Positions 1-7,731 of a DNA stretch of 16,159 nucleotides are shown here, in pieces. The stretch is from positions 1 through 16,159 of the forward strand of contig JBDIWC010000072.1 in NCBI GenBank assembly GCA_039794085.1, in the 5' to 3' direction. The notes under the pieces were generated by a model. It searched no databases. It was not told the origin of the DNA and saw only the letters and a program-made list of their open reading frames with translations. Origin of the DNA: Gemmatimonadales bacterium. GTDB taxonomy: Bacteria; Gemmatimonadota; Gemmatimonadetes; Gemmatimonadales; GWC2-71-9. Position 1 is the first letter of the stretch, and every line of letters begins with the position of its first letter. The translations under genes and the position numbers were made by a program.

Positions 1-445
1 CAATGAGCGTGGAAATGTCTTGACCAACCGTTCGTTAGTGCCTCCGCACGGGCTTCAATGGGGCCACGCTTCAATGAGCGTGGAAATATGTCATCCTGGA
101 CTCCACCAATGGCGGGGCCATCGTGCTTCAATGGGGCCACGCTTCAATGAGCGTGGAAATGTGGTGTTCATCTCCATCATTCCCGGGTCCGGGTCGCTTC
201 AATGGGGCCACGCTTCAATGAGCGTGGAAATCACCGGTTGCGTCACCCCGTCGACGACCCCATCACCGCTTCAATGGGGCCACGCTTCAATGAGCGTGGA
301 AATTGCGGGCCTCGTGCGCCTGGACCGGATCGGGGATGTGCTTCAATGGGGCCACGCTTCAATGAGCGTGGAAATTCCACCAGCCCGGAGCCTTCACCTG
401 CAGCCAGTTGCTTCAATGGGGCCACGCTTCAATGAGCGTGGAAAT
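1..445 (-). CRISPR. Type I-G CRISPR array (truncated at window start): 6 full repeats, 1 partial repeat, 6 spacers
   Basis: Identical 36-bp repeat GCTTCAATGGGGCCACGCTTCAATGAGCGTGGAAAT at 52-87, 125-160, 196-231, 268-303, 340-375 and 410-445, with a partial copy at 1-16. Unique spacers are 35, 37, 35, 36, 36 and 34 bp. The reverse complement ends in ATTGAAGC (typical I-G 3' end) and has a 7-bp stem CCACGCT/AGCGTGG, so transcription is inferred on the minus strand from the cas2 side. Confidence 0.98.
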
Positions 446-624
446 CGCCCGGCTCCAACCGCCGAGCGCACAACAACATACACCCGCTCCCGCGAGCGGG
501 TCGAGACCTTCGGTTGCCAAAGAGCGAATCCCGCCAGGTCCATCGCCACAACAGGTGTGCTCCCTTGAGGTTACCGACTGCGAGCGGGGTCCGGGACCGC
601 GGCACCACCTCCCCCGCTCGCGGC
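446..624 (-). promoter_or_regulatory. CRISPR leader
   Basis: Non-coding stretch between the cas2 stop and the first repeat. It contains GCGAGCGGG direct repeats (492-500, 580-588), an inverted copy (613-621) and a candidate -10 TAACCT (minus strand, 568-573). Confidence 0.8.
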
Positions 625-918
625 TCAGATGATGATCGCCACCCGCTCCTCGGCGGGCTCCGGCTGCACCCCCAGATACTCGAACGCGATCCGCGCCCGC
701 CCATCCTCGGGGCCGATGTCCACCAGCATGATCCGGTCCTCGTCGTGCTTGATGATCCGGCTCAACTGCTCGATCAAACGCTGTTTCTCGACATCGGAGA
801 GATTGCACTGGAACACCGAATACTGCAAGGGGTCTCCGTAGGCGTTCATCTTCTTGTAGACCCTCCGGAGCCGCTTGGCCTCGCTCACGTCGTACGCCAC
901 CAGGTAGAGATGTCGCAT
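625..918 (-). CDS. cas2: CRISPR-associated endonuclease Cas2
   Basis: 97 aa with the N-terminal YLVAYDVS motif and LQYSVFQC. It lies directly downstream of cas1 and next to the array. Confidence 0.97.
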   Translation of the reverse strand: MRHLYLVAYDVSEAKRLRRVYKKMNAYGDPLQYSVFQCNLSDVEKQRLIEQLSRIIKHDEDRIMLVDIGPEDGRARIAFEYLGVQPEPAEERVAIII

Positions 919-924
919 GGGGCC

Positions 925-2628
925 TCATCGAGTGGTCAGGGGACGGTACGCCGGAATCTCCCCCAGCACCACGGCCCGGAGCAGCCGCGCCTGGACCTCG
1001 ATCACCCGCCGGTAGCTCACCGTGTAGCCAAAGACCGGATGGGTGATCAACTGGCTCATCCGGCGCTCGAAGCCGGTGAGCACCGTCTTCCGCGCCTCCG
1101 GGGTCAGGGCCACTCCGCGGGCCCGCCGGATGAAGTCCCCCTCCCGCAGTTCTCCCTGGTTGAAGAGCGTGAGGCAGATCGAGTCGGCGATGAGCGGCCG
1201 GAACTCCTCGCACAGGTCGAGACCGAGCGCCGGACGACCGTACTTCGGCACATGATAGAAACCCCGGAAGGGATCGAACCCCACCATCTGCGCCGCCACC
1301 GTGCATTCCCGCGTCAGCATCGCATAGAGGAACGACAGCACCGCGTTCACTTCGTCCCGCGGCGGCCGCCGGTTCCGCCCCCCCGCCGCGAAGATCGGAC
1401 CGGCCCACTCCCCCGCCCCGCGGAAGAGCCGGTGAAAGTTCCCGAAGTAGTCGTGCGCCGCGATCCCCTCGGTCCCCAGCAGGGTCGGCGCCGACGCGGC
1501 ATGCCGAGCCTGCCGGGCAAAGAGTGCCAGGCGCCCGATCAGCTTCACGTCCCGCTCCGGGAGGTTCCGCCGCATCAGGGTCCTCTGGTTCAGCACCTTG
1601 CCCGACACGATGGACCGGGCGATGGCGAGATCTCCGCTGTCCGCCAGGCGGTGCTGGGCCATCCGCAGTTCCACGTTTTTGTGGCCGAGCCCCGAGACGA
1701 TCCCGAAGAACCACCCGGCCTGGCTCAGGTACGCCACCGGAATGTCGTGCTCCAGGAGGGACTGCATCGCCTGGGTCGTGACCTGGACCCCGCCGAACAG
1801 CGCCACATGGGCCACCTCCATCATCCGCACCTCGGTCGGCGGCTCGCCCCGGGGGGTGACGATGAGCCGCTCCCCTCGCTTGCTCACCGTGGCCCCCTGC
1901 GACTGGATGTAGAGCGGGAGACGGTCGTCCCGGGCGGGAACCAGCCGCCGGGTATCGGCGGGGAGACCGGGGTGGGCCAGGCGGTTGATTTCATCGGGGA
2001 GGCAGATCCCCGCCAGCGAACACCGGATGCATTTCGGGCTGTCCACCAGTGGCGGGGGGAGCTTCCCCGACTCGGCGAGTTTGCGGAGCCCGTCCACCGC
2101 TTCCAGAGCCTGCATTTCCTCGATCACGTCGAGCTCGATCTCCACCCGGGTCTTCGAGGCCACGAAGTAGAGCACCCCCTGGTCAACCGCGTACCCCTGC
2201 TCCCGCAGGAGAAGCCCCTGGAGCGCGAGCTGCACCCGTTCGGGAGGAAAGGATCGCTGGTCGTTCTCGGGGACCTTCCCGCGCTTGTAGTCGATCGGCA
2301 TGGCGACGGCGCCGTCGAACTCGACCAGATCGACCTTGGCGATGACGCCGAGGGTGGTCGAGGAGAGGGTGAGGGACCGGGTGCTGCGCGGGGCGTCGGG
2401 GGGCAGGTTCTCGGGGTCGATTTCGGGAACCTCGACGATGGTCTCCCGGTCCACCCGCCGATGGGCAAAGCGGCCCTGGAGGGTGTCGAGGTTGTCGTCC
2501 CACTCCCCCTGAACCCATTCGAGGTAGGCGAGACGGGGACAGTAGACGAACTCGTTGACCATCCGGGCGGGGAGGAGATCGGGCGCGTTTGAGCTCTCAG
2601 CGAGCGGCTCTGAATCGTGGGTAGTCAT
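925..2628 (-). CDS. cas1: Cas4/Cas1 fusion (type I-G adaptation protein)
   Basis: 567 aa. The N-terminal Cas4 part has FVYCPR, KVDLV, IDYKRG, QLALQ and CIRCSLAGIC (4 Cys Fe-S ligands, RecB motifs). The C-terminal Cas1 part has GTEGIAA, NAVLSFLY, GFYH and DLCEEFRP. Confidence 0.97.
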   Translation of the reverse strand: MTTHDSEPLAESSNAPDLLPARMVNEFVYCPRLAYLEWVQGEWDDNLDTLQGRFAHRRVDRETIVEVPEIDPENLPPDAPRSTRSLTLSSTTLGVIAKVDLVEFDGAVAMPIDYKRGKVPENDQRSFPPERVQLALQGLLLREQGYAVDQGVLYFVASKTRVEIELDVIEEMQALEAVDGLRKLAESGKLPPPLVDSPKCIRCSLAGICLPDEINRLAHPGLPADTRRLVPARDDRLPLYIQSQGATVSKRGERLIVTPRGEPPTEVRMMEVAHVALFGGVQVTTQAMQSLLEHDIPVAYLSQAGWFFGIVSGLGHKNVELRMAQHRLADSGDLAIARSIVSGKVLNQRTLMRRNLPERDVKLIGRLALFARQARHAASAPTLLGTEGIAAHDYFGNFHRLFRGAGEWAGPIFAAGGRNRRPPRDEVNAVLSFLYAMLTRECTVAAQMVGFDPFRGFYHVPKYGRPALGLDLCEEFRPLIADSICLTLFNQGELREGDFIRRARGVALTPEARKTVLTGFERRMSQLITHPVFGYTVSYRRVIEVQARLLRAVVLGEIPAYRPLTTR

Positions 2629-2634
2629 CCTTTC

Positions 2635-2656
2635 ACGGTATCACCGGGGTGTGACA
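2635..2656 (-). promoter_or_regulatory. Putative leaderless promoter of cas4/1-cas2: TGTCAC-N10-TACCGT, 6 nt before ATG
   Basis: Minus strand reads TGTCAC ACCCCGGTGA TACCGT GAAAGG ATG. This is a TAnnnT -10 box with an extended TG, and there is no properly spaced SD. Confidence 0.55.
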
Positions 2657-2688
2657 CCGGGTCTGTATTCCAAGGCGGCAAAACCTGG

Positions 2689-2762
2689 AACCACGAAATA
2701 CACGAAAACGCACGAAAGGCCCCCCCCGCCCCCGTTCGTGTCCTTTCGTGCCTTTCGCGGTT
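2689..2762. repeat. Palindromic REP-like element with 3x CACGAAA and 3x TTCGTG/TTCGCG arms
   Basis: Left arm AACCACGAAATACACGAAAACGCACGAAA (2689-2717) is an imperfect inverted repeat of TTCGTGTCCTTTCGTGCCTTTCGCGGTT (2735-2762), around a C-rich loop. Confidence 0.8.
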
Positions 2763-2786
2763 GATCCGTTCCCCTGCGTGACCTAC

Positions 2787-2815
2787 TTGCTACAATCCGC
2801 TACATTTGCTACATT
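2787..2815 (+). promoter_or_regulatory. Putative sigma70 promoter/operator of vapBC (leaderless)
   Basis: TTGCTA(2787)-N17-TACATT(2810) lies 7 nt before ATG 2823. It is overlapped by GCTACA direct repeats at 2789, 2799 and 2808. Confidence 0.65.
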
Positions 2816-2822
2816 ACTTCGC

Positions 2823-3071
2823 ATGGACAGGACCATCACCCAGCGCGAGCTGCGCAACGACTCCGGGGCGGTTCTCCGGGAGGTTCAGGCGGGGGAGACC
2901 CTCATCGTGACCCGGAACGGTGTCCCCGTGGCCGAGTTGAGGCCGATCCAACCGAACCGGTTCGTTCCCCGCGCGGTGATCGCCGAGGCGGCGGGCCGGG
3001 CGGGCCGCATCGATTACTGCCGGTTCCGCGCCGACCTCGAAGCCGTGGTGGACCAGACCCTCGATGGCTGA
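2823..3071 (+). CDS. vapB: Phd/YefM-family antitoxin (VapB)
   Basis: 82 aa from ATG 2823. ITQRELRNDSGAVLREVQAGETLIVTRNGVPVAEL is a classic Phd/YefM N-terminus. The gene overlaps the downstream PIN gene. Confidence 0.9.
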   Translation: MDRTITQRELRNDSGAVLREVQAGETLIVTRNGVPVAELRPIQPNRFVPRAVIAEAAGRAGRIDYCRFRADLEAVVDQTLDG

Positions 3072-3465
3072 GCCATCCCGGGGGCTGCTCGATACGTCCG
3101 TTGTGATCGACCACGACCTCCTCGATCCGGCGCTGCTTCCGGACGAGTCGGCCATCTCGGCGGTGACTCTGGCCGAACTCGCGGCGGGTCCCCATGCCAC
3201 CCGGGATGCGGAGGAACGTGCCCGGCGTCAGGACCGGCTGCAGTGGGCCGCGGCCACCTGGCACCCCTTGCCTTTTGATGCCGAGTCGGCGCGCCTGTAT
3301 GGCCGATTGTTCGCGGCCTGCCGGGCGGCCGGGCAGTCGAGCCGGACGCGACTGGCCGATCTGCTCATCGCCTCTACCGCGGCAGCCCATGGCCTCCCCC
3401 TCTACACCCGGAACCCTTCGGATTTCTCGGCGTTCTCGAAGCTGGTCACGGTCGTCGCGGTGTAA
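3064..3465 (+). CDS. vapC: PIN-domain toxin VapC
   Basis: 133 aa with LLDTSVVID, ISAVTLAEL, ADLLIASTA and LYTRNPSDF PIN motifs. Confidence 0.92.
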   Translation: MAEPSRGLLDTSVVIDHDLLDPALLPDESAISAVTLAELAAGPHATRDAEERARRQDRLQWAAATWHPLPFDAESARLYGRLFAACRAAGQSSRTRLADLLIASTAAAHGLPLYTRNPSDFSAFSKLVTVVAV

Positions 3466-3500
3466 CTGTTCGGATCTCCAGGTTTGGCGTGGGGTTTGAT

Positions 3501-3522
3501 CCCCGGGGCTCTCGCCCCGGGG
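3501..3522. terminator. GC-rich hairpin between convergent vapC and cas8g-like genes (possible terminator)
   Basis: CCCCGGGGC-TCTC-GCCCCGGGG forms a 9-bp perfect stem. There is no clear U-tract. Confidence 0.35.
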
Positions 3523-3685
3523 TCGGCGGCGTGAGGCCGTTGGCACGGCCAGGTGTTCGTCACAGCTCCCAATGGCGACAAGCGCCCCACCTGGCCAAGC
3601 ACCTCAATCCGGGCAACCGAAGCGGTTCACACTGCATTCCCGTGGGTGATATTCCTGTGATTACTGCTGTTGGACGCCACTGTCC

Positions 3686-4642
3686 TCACGCCACCCTCCG
3701 TGCCGGTGTGAAGTTCCGGTACTTCCCCTCGGTGATCCGCTGGCTCCGGAACACCGCGAGGATTCCTCGTTCCCGAAGCACTCCGGTCGACGGCCTCTCC
3801 TCCTGCAGTTCGGCCATCGCAAGTACACTCCTGCACGTATCCAGTCCGATCGGCCCGTCCCAGAGGGGCCAGGTGAAGAACGTATCCCGCCGTCCCCGGC
3901 CGCGGAACCCTGTCGTGTCGAGCCGCGCGCCCACAGGAACGGACGGCATGAGGGGCAGGGCCTCGATGGCGAGCCGCGTGGCCCCGGCCATCGTTCCCCC
4001 GATCTTCCGGGAGGGATCCTTGCTCGGGTTCCTCCACTGCAGGGCATGCCGGATGTCGTCGGCCGGGTCCCAGCGGAGCGTGCTGTTGGGCATCGGATCG
4101 GCATAGTCCCACGGCAACAGCAGGGCCCTCCGCAACTGATCGGCCGTTGTTGCCTCGATGAGATTCCTCATCGTGGCCAGGAAATGCTGGTGTCCGCTCC
4201 CGCTCAGCGTCCGGAAGGCGGTGTCCTCCACCGCATCCTTCTTCGCCCCGCGGCTCGCCACCACCTCCGAGGCAAATGCCGCGGCGAAATCAGCCCAGGC
4301 CCTGTTCCCGCGCTCCGCCGCCGCCGCCGCATCGAGCGCATAGGCACGATACTCGCCGAGCGGCACCCCCAGGTTGTCCCACCGGACAAACGCCTCGGCA
4401 GGAATGAGTGCGGCCAGATCCCGTCCCAGATCCTCCAGAAACTGGCCAGTCTCCAGCGGGCCAGCCAACGTGAGCACCGGCCGGTACCCGCCCCGCGCCT
4501 GCCGCCAGGTCATGGTAGGGACCCACTCCGGGTGGGTAAGCGTGACCACCCTGAGCACGCCCACCGCGGCCAGGAAGGCGAGCGGATTCCCGCCTTCGAG
4601 CCCGGCCAGCAGCAGTTCGGTGCGCCCCGATACCCCCGTCAT
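3686..4642 (-). CDS. cas8g: Type I-G Cas8g-like short large subunit (Csb3-type)
   Basis: 318 aa from ATG 4642, which overlaps the cas3 stop (ATGA). It has an N-terminal LAGLEGGNPLAFLAAVGVLR and ATRLAIEALPLMP/FTWPLW segments as recalled for I-G Cas8-type proteins. Assignment rests partly on position. Confidence 0.7.
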   Translation of the reverse strand: MTGVSGRTELLLAGLEGGNPLAFLAAVGVLRVVTLTHPEWVPTMTWRQARGGYRPVLTLAGPLETGQFLEDLGRDLAALIPAEAFVRWDNLGVPLGEYRAYALDAAAAAERGNRAWADFAAAFASEVVASRGAKKDAVEDTAFRTLSGSGHQHFLATMRNLIEATTADQLRRALLLPWDYADPMPNSTLRWDPADDIRHALQWRNPSKDPSRKIGGTMAGATRLAIEALPLMPSVPVGARLDTTGFRGRGRRDTFFTWPLWDGPIGLDTCRSVLAMAELQEERPSTGVLRERGILAVFRSQRITEGKYRNFTPARRVA

Positions 4643-7600
4643 GGGGCCCCCCGTACCGGACGGCTTCCGGTGGTATTGGATGCGTTTGTGGAACTGGCGC
4701 TCCAGTCGGCCAGACGCAGGACCGCCTCCAGCAGCGCGAGGCCCCACCAGCCGTACCGGCGCGTCAGCCGCCAGAACCGATCGCTGATACCACTATCCGC
4801 CCGGTGTGCCGGCGGCCGTCCGCGCCGAATGGCGGACGCCAGCCCCTCGGGAGCGCCGGAAAGACCGGACAGGTCCACTCCCTCCGGATCGGGATCGGGA
4901 ACGACCGGTGCGAAGGGACGGGCGTGCCCATGATGACTGGCGATCAGGTGCAGGAGCAGATCGCGGTCCCCCTCTCCTTCCCGCCACGAGGCACGTTCGG
5001 CGATCTGCAGGGACAGCATCTCATGCCGCCAGCCCTCCGGCAGGCCGGACAGTTCCCTGGCCCTCCGCGCAGCGGACCGGGTTCTCGGGACGTCGGGCGA
5101 CTTGGCCAGCAGCGATTCCGCACCAGCTGCCACGATAGCGTTTCCCCGGTGAAGCATCACCTGAAACCGCCAGTCGGCCTTGCCCAGATCGTGCCACCGG
5201 GCCGCCTGCTCCACGACAGCCGCAAGATGTCCCGGCAGGCACCGGGCCCCAGCCACCGCGGCAAATGCCGTAACGTCTTCCAGATGTTCTTCCAGAGACA
5301 GGGCTTCGTCAGACCGGAGCACGGGATCGTCCTCCTCCATGGCCGCCGGGTCCTCCCCGGGATTGGCGAGCGGGTCCTCCACCGGCCCGGGCTTTCTGGC
5401 CTCGATGATCCATCCCCCTCCGGGGTGGCGAACCGGTCTCCGGCGGTCGCCGGCGTCCCGCAGGTGAGCTGCGACTTTCACCAGCCACCGGGGAAGCGGT
5501 TCTCCCGCCGTATCCCGGGCAGAATCAGCCAGCTCCCCGAGGACGTCCGACAGTTCTCCGTCATCCGGCGGATCCCTGTCACCCGCAGCGGAATCGGCCC
5601 CATCGGTCCACTGCAGCAGCTTCGCGACAGCAGGGTGCGCCTTCCACGGATCGAGAACCGGTGCGTTCAGCCGAAGGCGGGCCCGTTTCCCGGCTTCCAG
5701 GGCCACGGCGTCTGCGATATCCGTGATACGGCCGCCCGGGTCGAGGGTGAGGTCCCCCAATACCGCGGCGGCGGGGATCACCGGAATCACGACCACCTCG
5801 TGAGGACGGATCTCGCGCGGTTCGATCACTATCCTGCTGCTGTCCCGCCCCTTCCAAACGAGCACCCGTTGCTTCCGCGCCGTACTCTCCCGTTCCTCCT
5901 CCTCCACCCGGGCACCCTCGACGTCCCCCTCTTCCCCTTCCCCTCCCCGCACCCCGCGCATCCACGCCCGCAGGGTACGGAGCGGCACCTGAAGGGCCTC
6001 CCCGGAGAGAGGCGGAGCCAGACTCACGATGTCGGGCCACTGCTCCGGGTCCTCCGGCAGATCGGCGCGGACCACGACAGAGACCTCCGGTTCCCCGCGA
6101 CCCGGACCATGCAGGAATACGGCGGGATCCGGATCGGGCACCGGCGGTGGAGCGGTCTGGACCCAGCAGTCGAGATGCGCCGGCAGCAGCACGGGGGCAT
6201 CAGGCGCAGGCGCGTTGAGAGGCGCCAGCAGAGCCCTGCGTTCCTCCGCGTCTCCCGGGAGCAGGGCGTCCAGTCCCCGGATCCCGAAGTCCAAGCGCCT
6301 GTCCCCACCTTCCTCCTCCTGCTTGGCAACCGCGTTGAGCCAGTTCCAGGTATGGGCGAGCGCATTGCCATAGACCGGATCGTCCAGCTCTCCGCCAGCG
6401 TCGAGTTTTTCCAGACGCTCCTCATCGCGGACCTGCGACTTCCGGATCAGAATGACTCCGGGAGCATCTCCGACGGTTCCGAGCCGGTCGAGTCGGCCGA
6501 AGCGCTGCCGAAGCGCGTCCAGGCTCGCGCACTCGGTGATCAGCGCATCGAACGAGTAATCGGCTCCCACTTCCAGGGTCTGGGTGGCCACCACGATCAC
6601 CGGCCGCGGCAACTCAGGCTGATTGGCGGACGCGCCGAGCAAGTCGTTCCACCGCTCGACAATCTCGTCACGGTCACGGGGACGCATGCGGCCGGTCAGC
6701 AGCACCACATCCGCGTCGAGTGCGCCGGTTTCCAGGGCTGTTTCGGCACGGAGCTGGCCGGCGATTTCCCGGGCCGTCCGCACGCGGTTGACCATGATGC
6801 CGATGCGCCGCCGCCCCTCCGCGGCGAACCGGACGGCGCGGGTGGCGGCGTCGAGCACGAGTTCATCGCTGCTGGCGGGGACGGCCAGCAGTCCGGGGTC
6901 CCCGCGCCTCGTGGCACCGGGCCGCGCTGCCACGGCGAGGACGGCGTGCTTAGTGGCATGGAGACGCTTGTCGAGTTCCAGGTGATTGAGCGCCAGCTCC
7001 CGATCCGGCGGGGAGGGCCAGACCGTTCGTGCCTCCCGGGGCGGTGTGGCCGACATGACCACGAGCCGGAAGGGAGAGGGGACGGGCTCCTCCGCCCAGG
7101 CGGGGTGGCGATACCGGGCAACGGCGGAGGCCGTTTGGTAGAACGGGACCGCACAGTGCGCCTCGTCGAGGAGAATCAGGCTGTCGTTGCCCACGAGCGC
7201 GGCGTGCATCGAGGCGGTGTTGAGGCCGGCACCGTAGGCCCGGAACAGCAGCCGCGAGCCGACCTGGTCCACCGTGCCGCTGATGATAGCGGGCTGGGTC
7301 GCCGATCGCATCCATCCGTCGTTCCGGGCGATCCCGCCTCGGATCCTGGCCGGTAGCAAGGGAACGGGGCCGTCATGGAGGAGCCGCAGGTGGTCCGCCA
7401 CGTCCCGCAGCACCCCGCTGGTGGCATCCCGAAGCGCGCGGGCAATCGTCGCGGCCCGCTGCCAGGCGGCATCCACCACGATCCGGCGATCCACGACGAA
7501 GAAGATCCGCCGGGCGGCCGTGCGCTCCCCCGGCTCCCTGTCCGCCTGGCAGGCCAGCGCGAAGACCGCGATGTCGAGGCAGGCGGTCTTTCCGCTTCCG

Positions 7601-7731
7601 GTAGGAAGATCAAGAGCGTCCGGCCATCCGGAGTCGGCCACCTTCTCCGCCAGCTGGCGCTGCCAAGGGAACGGGTCGTCCCTATGCACCGCCCGGAAGA
7701 AGGGGGTGAAGTCAGACGCTGTGAGGGTCAC
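4639..7731 (-). CDS. cas3: Type I-G Cas3 (N-terminal SF2 helicase, C-terminal HD nuclease)
   Basis: About 1030 aa from GTG 7731, overlapping the csb2 stop. Helicase motifs are LPTGSGKT, DEAH, MSATP and QRFGRLDR. C-terminal HD motifs are LEEHL, WHDLGK, RHE, SHHG and LADW. The C-terminal HD position is diagnostic of I-G. Confidence 0.97.
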   Translation of the reverse strand: MTLTASDFTPFFRAVHRDDPFPWQRQLAEKVADSGWPDALDLPTGSGKTACLDIAVFALACQADREPGERTAARRIFFVVDRRIVVDAAWQRAATIARALRDATSGVLRDVADHLRLLHDGPVPLLPARIRGGIARNDGWMRSATQPAIISGTVDQVGSRLLFRAYGAGLNTASMHAALVGNDSLILLDEAHCAVPFYQTASAVARYRHPAWAEEPVPSPFRLVVMSATPPREARTVWPSPPDRELALNHLELDKRLHATKHAVLAVAARPGATRRGDPGLLAVPASSDELVLDAATRAVRFAAEGRRRIGIMVNRVRTAREIAGQLRAETALETGALDADVVLLTGRMRPRDRDEIVERWNDLLGASANQPELPRPVIVVATQTLEVGADYSFDALITECASLDALRQRFGRLDRLGTVGDAPGVILIRKSQVRDEERLEKLDAGGELDDPVYGNALAHTWNWLNAVAKQEEEGGDRRLDFGIRGLDALLPGDAEERRALLAPLNAPAPDAPVLLPAHLDCWVQTAPPPVPDPDPAVFLHGPGRGEPEVSVVVRADLPEDPEQWPDIVSLAPPLSGEALQVPLRTLRAWMRGVRGGEGEEGDVEGARVEEEERESTARKQRVLVWKGRDSSRIVIEPREIRPHEVVVIPVIPAAAVLGDLTLDPGGRITDIADAVALEAGKRARLRLNAPVLDPWKAHPAVAKLLQWTDGADSAAGDRDPPDDGELSDVLGELADSARDTAGEPLPRWLVKVAAHLRDAGDRRRPVRHPGGGWIIEARKPGPVEDPLANPGEDPAAMEEDDPVLRSDEALSLEEHLEDVTAFAAVAGARCLPGHLAAVVEQAARWHDLGKADWRFQVMLHRGNAIVAAGAESLLAKSPDVPRTRSAARRARELSGLPEGWRHEMLSLQIAERASWREGEGDRDLLLHLIASHHGHARPFAPVVPDPDPEGVDLSGLSGAPEGLASAIRRGRPPAHRADSGISDRFWRLTRRYGWWGLALLEAVLRLADWSASSTNASNTTGSRPVRGAP

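Noticed and set aside
321..334. 14-nt match TGGACCGGATCGGG between a spacer and csb2 (7942-7955), possible self-targeting
   Set aside because: The first five crRNA positions (seed) mismatch and the flanks do not extend. A match this short is plausible by chance in GC-rich DNA.
467..481. IHF site in the leader (CAACAACATA region)
   Set aside because: Too divergent from WATCARNNNNTTR to call.
20..568. ORFs with repeating LQWGHASMSVEI / MGPRFNERGN peptides
   Set aside because: They are translations of the CRISPR repeats, not genes.
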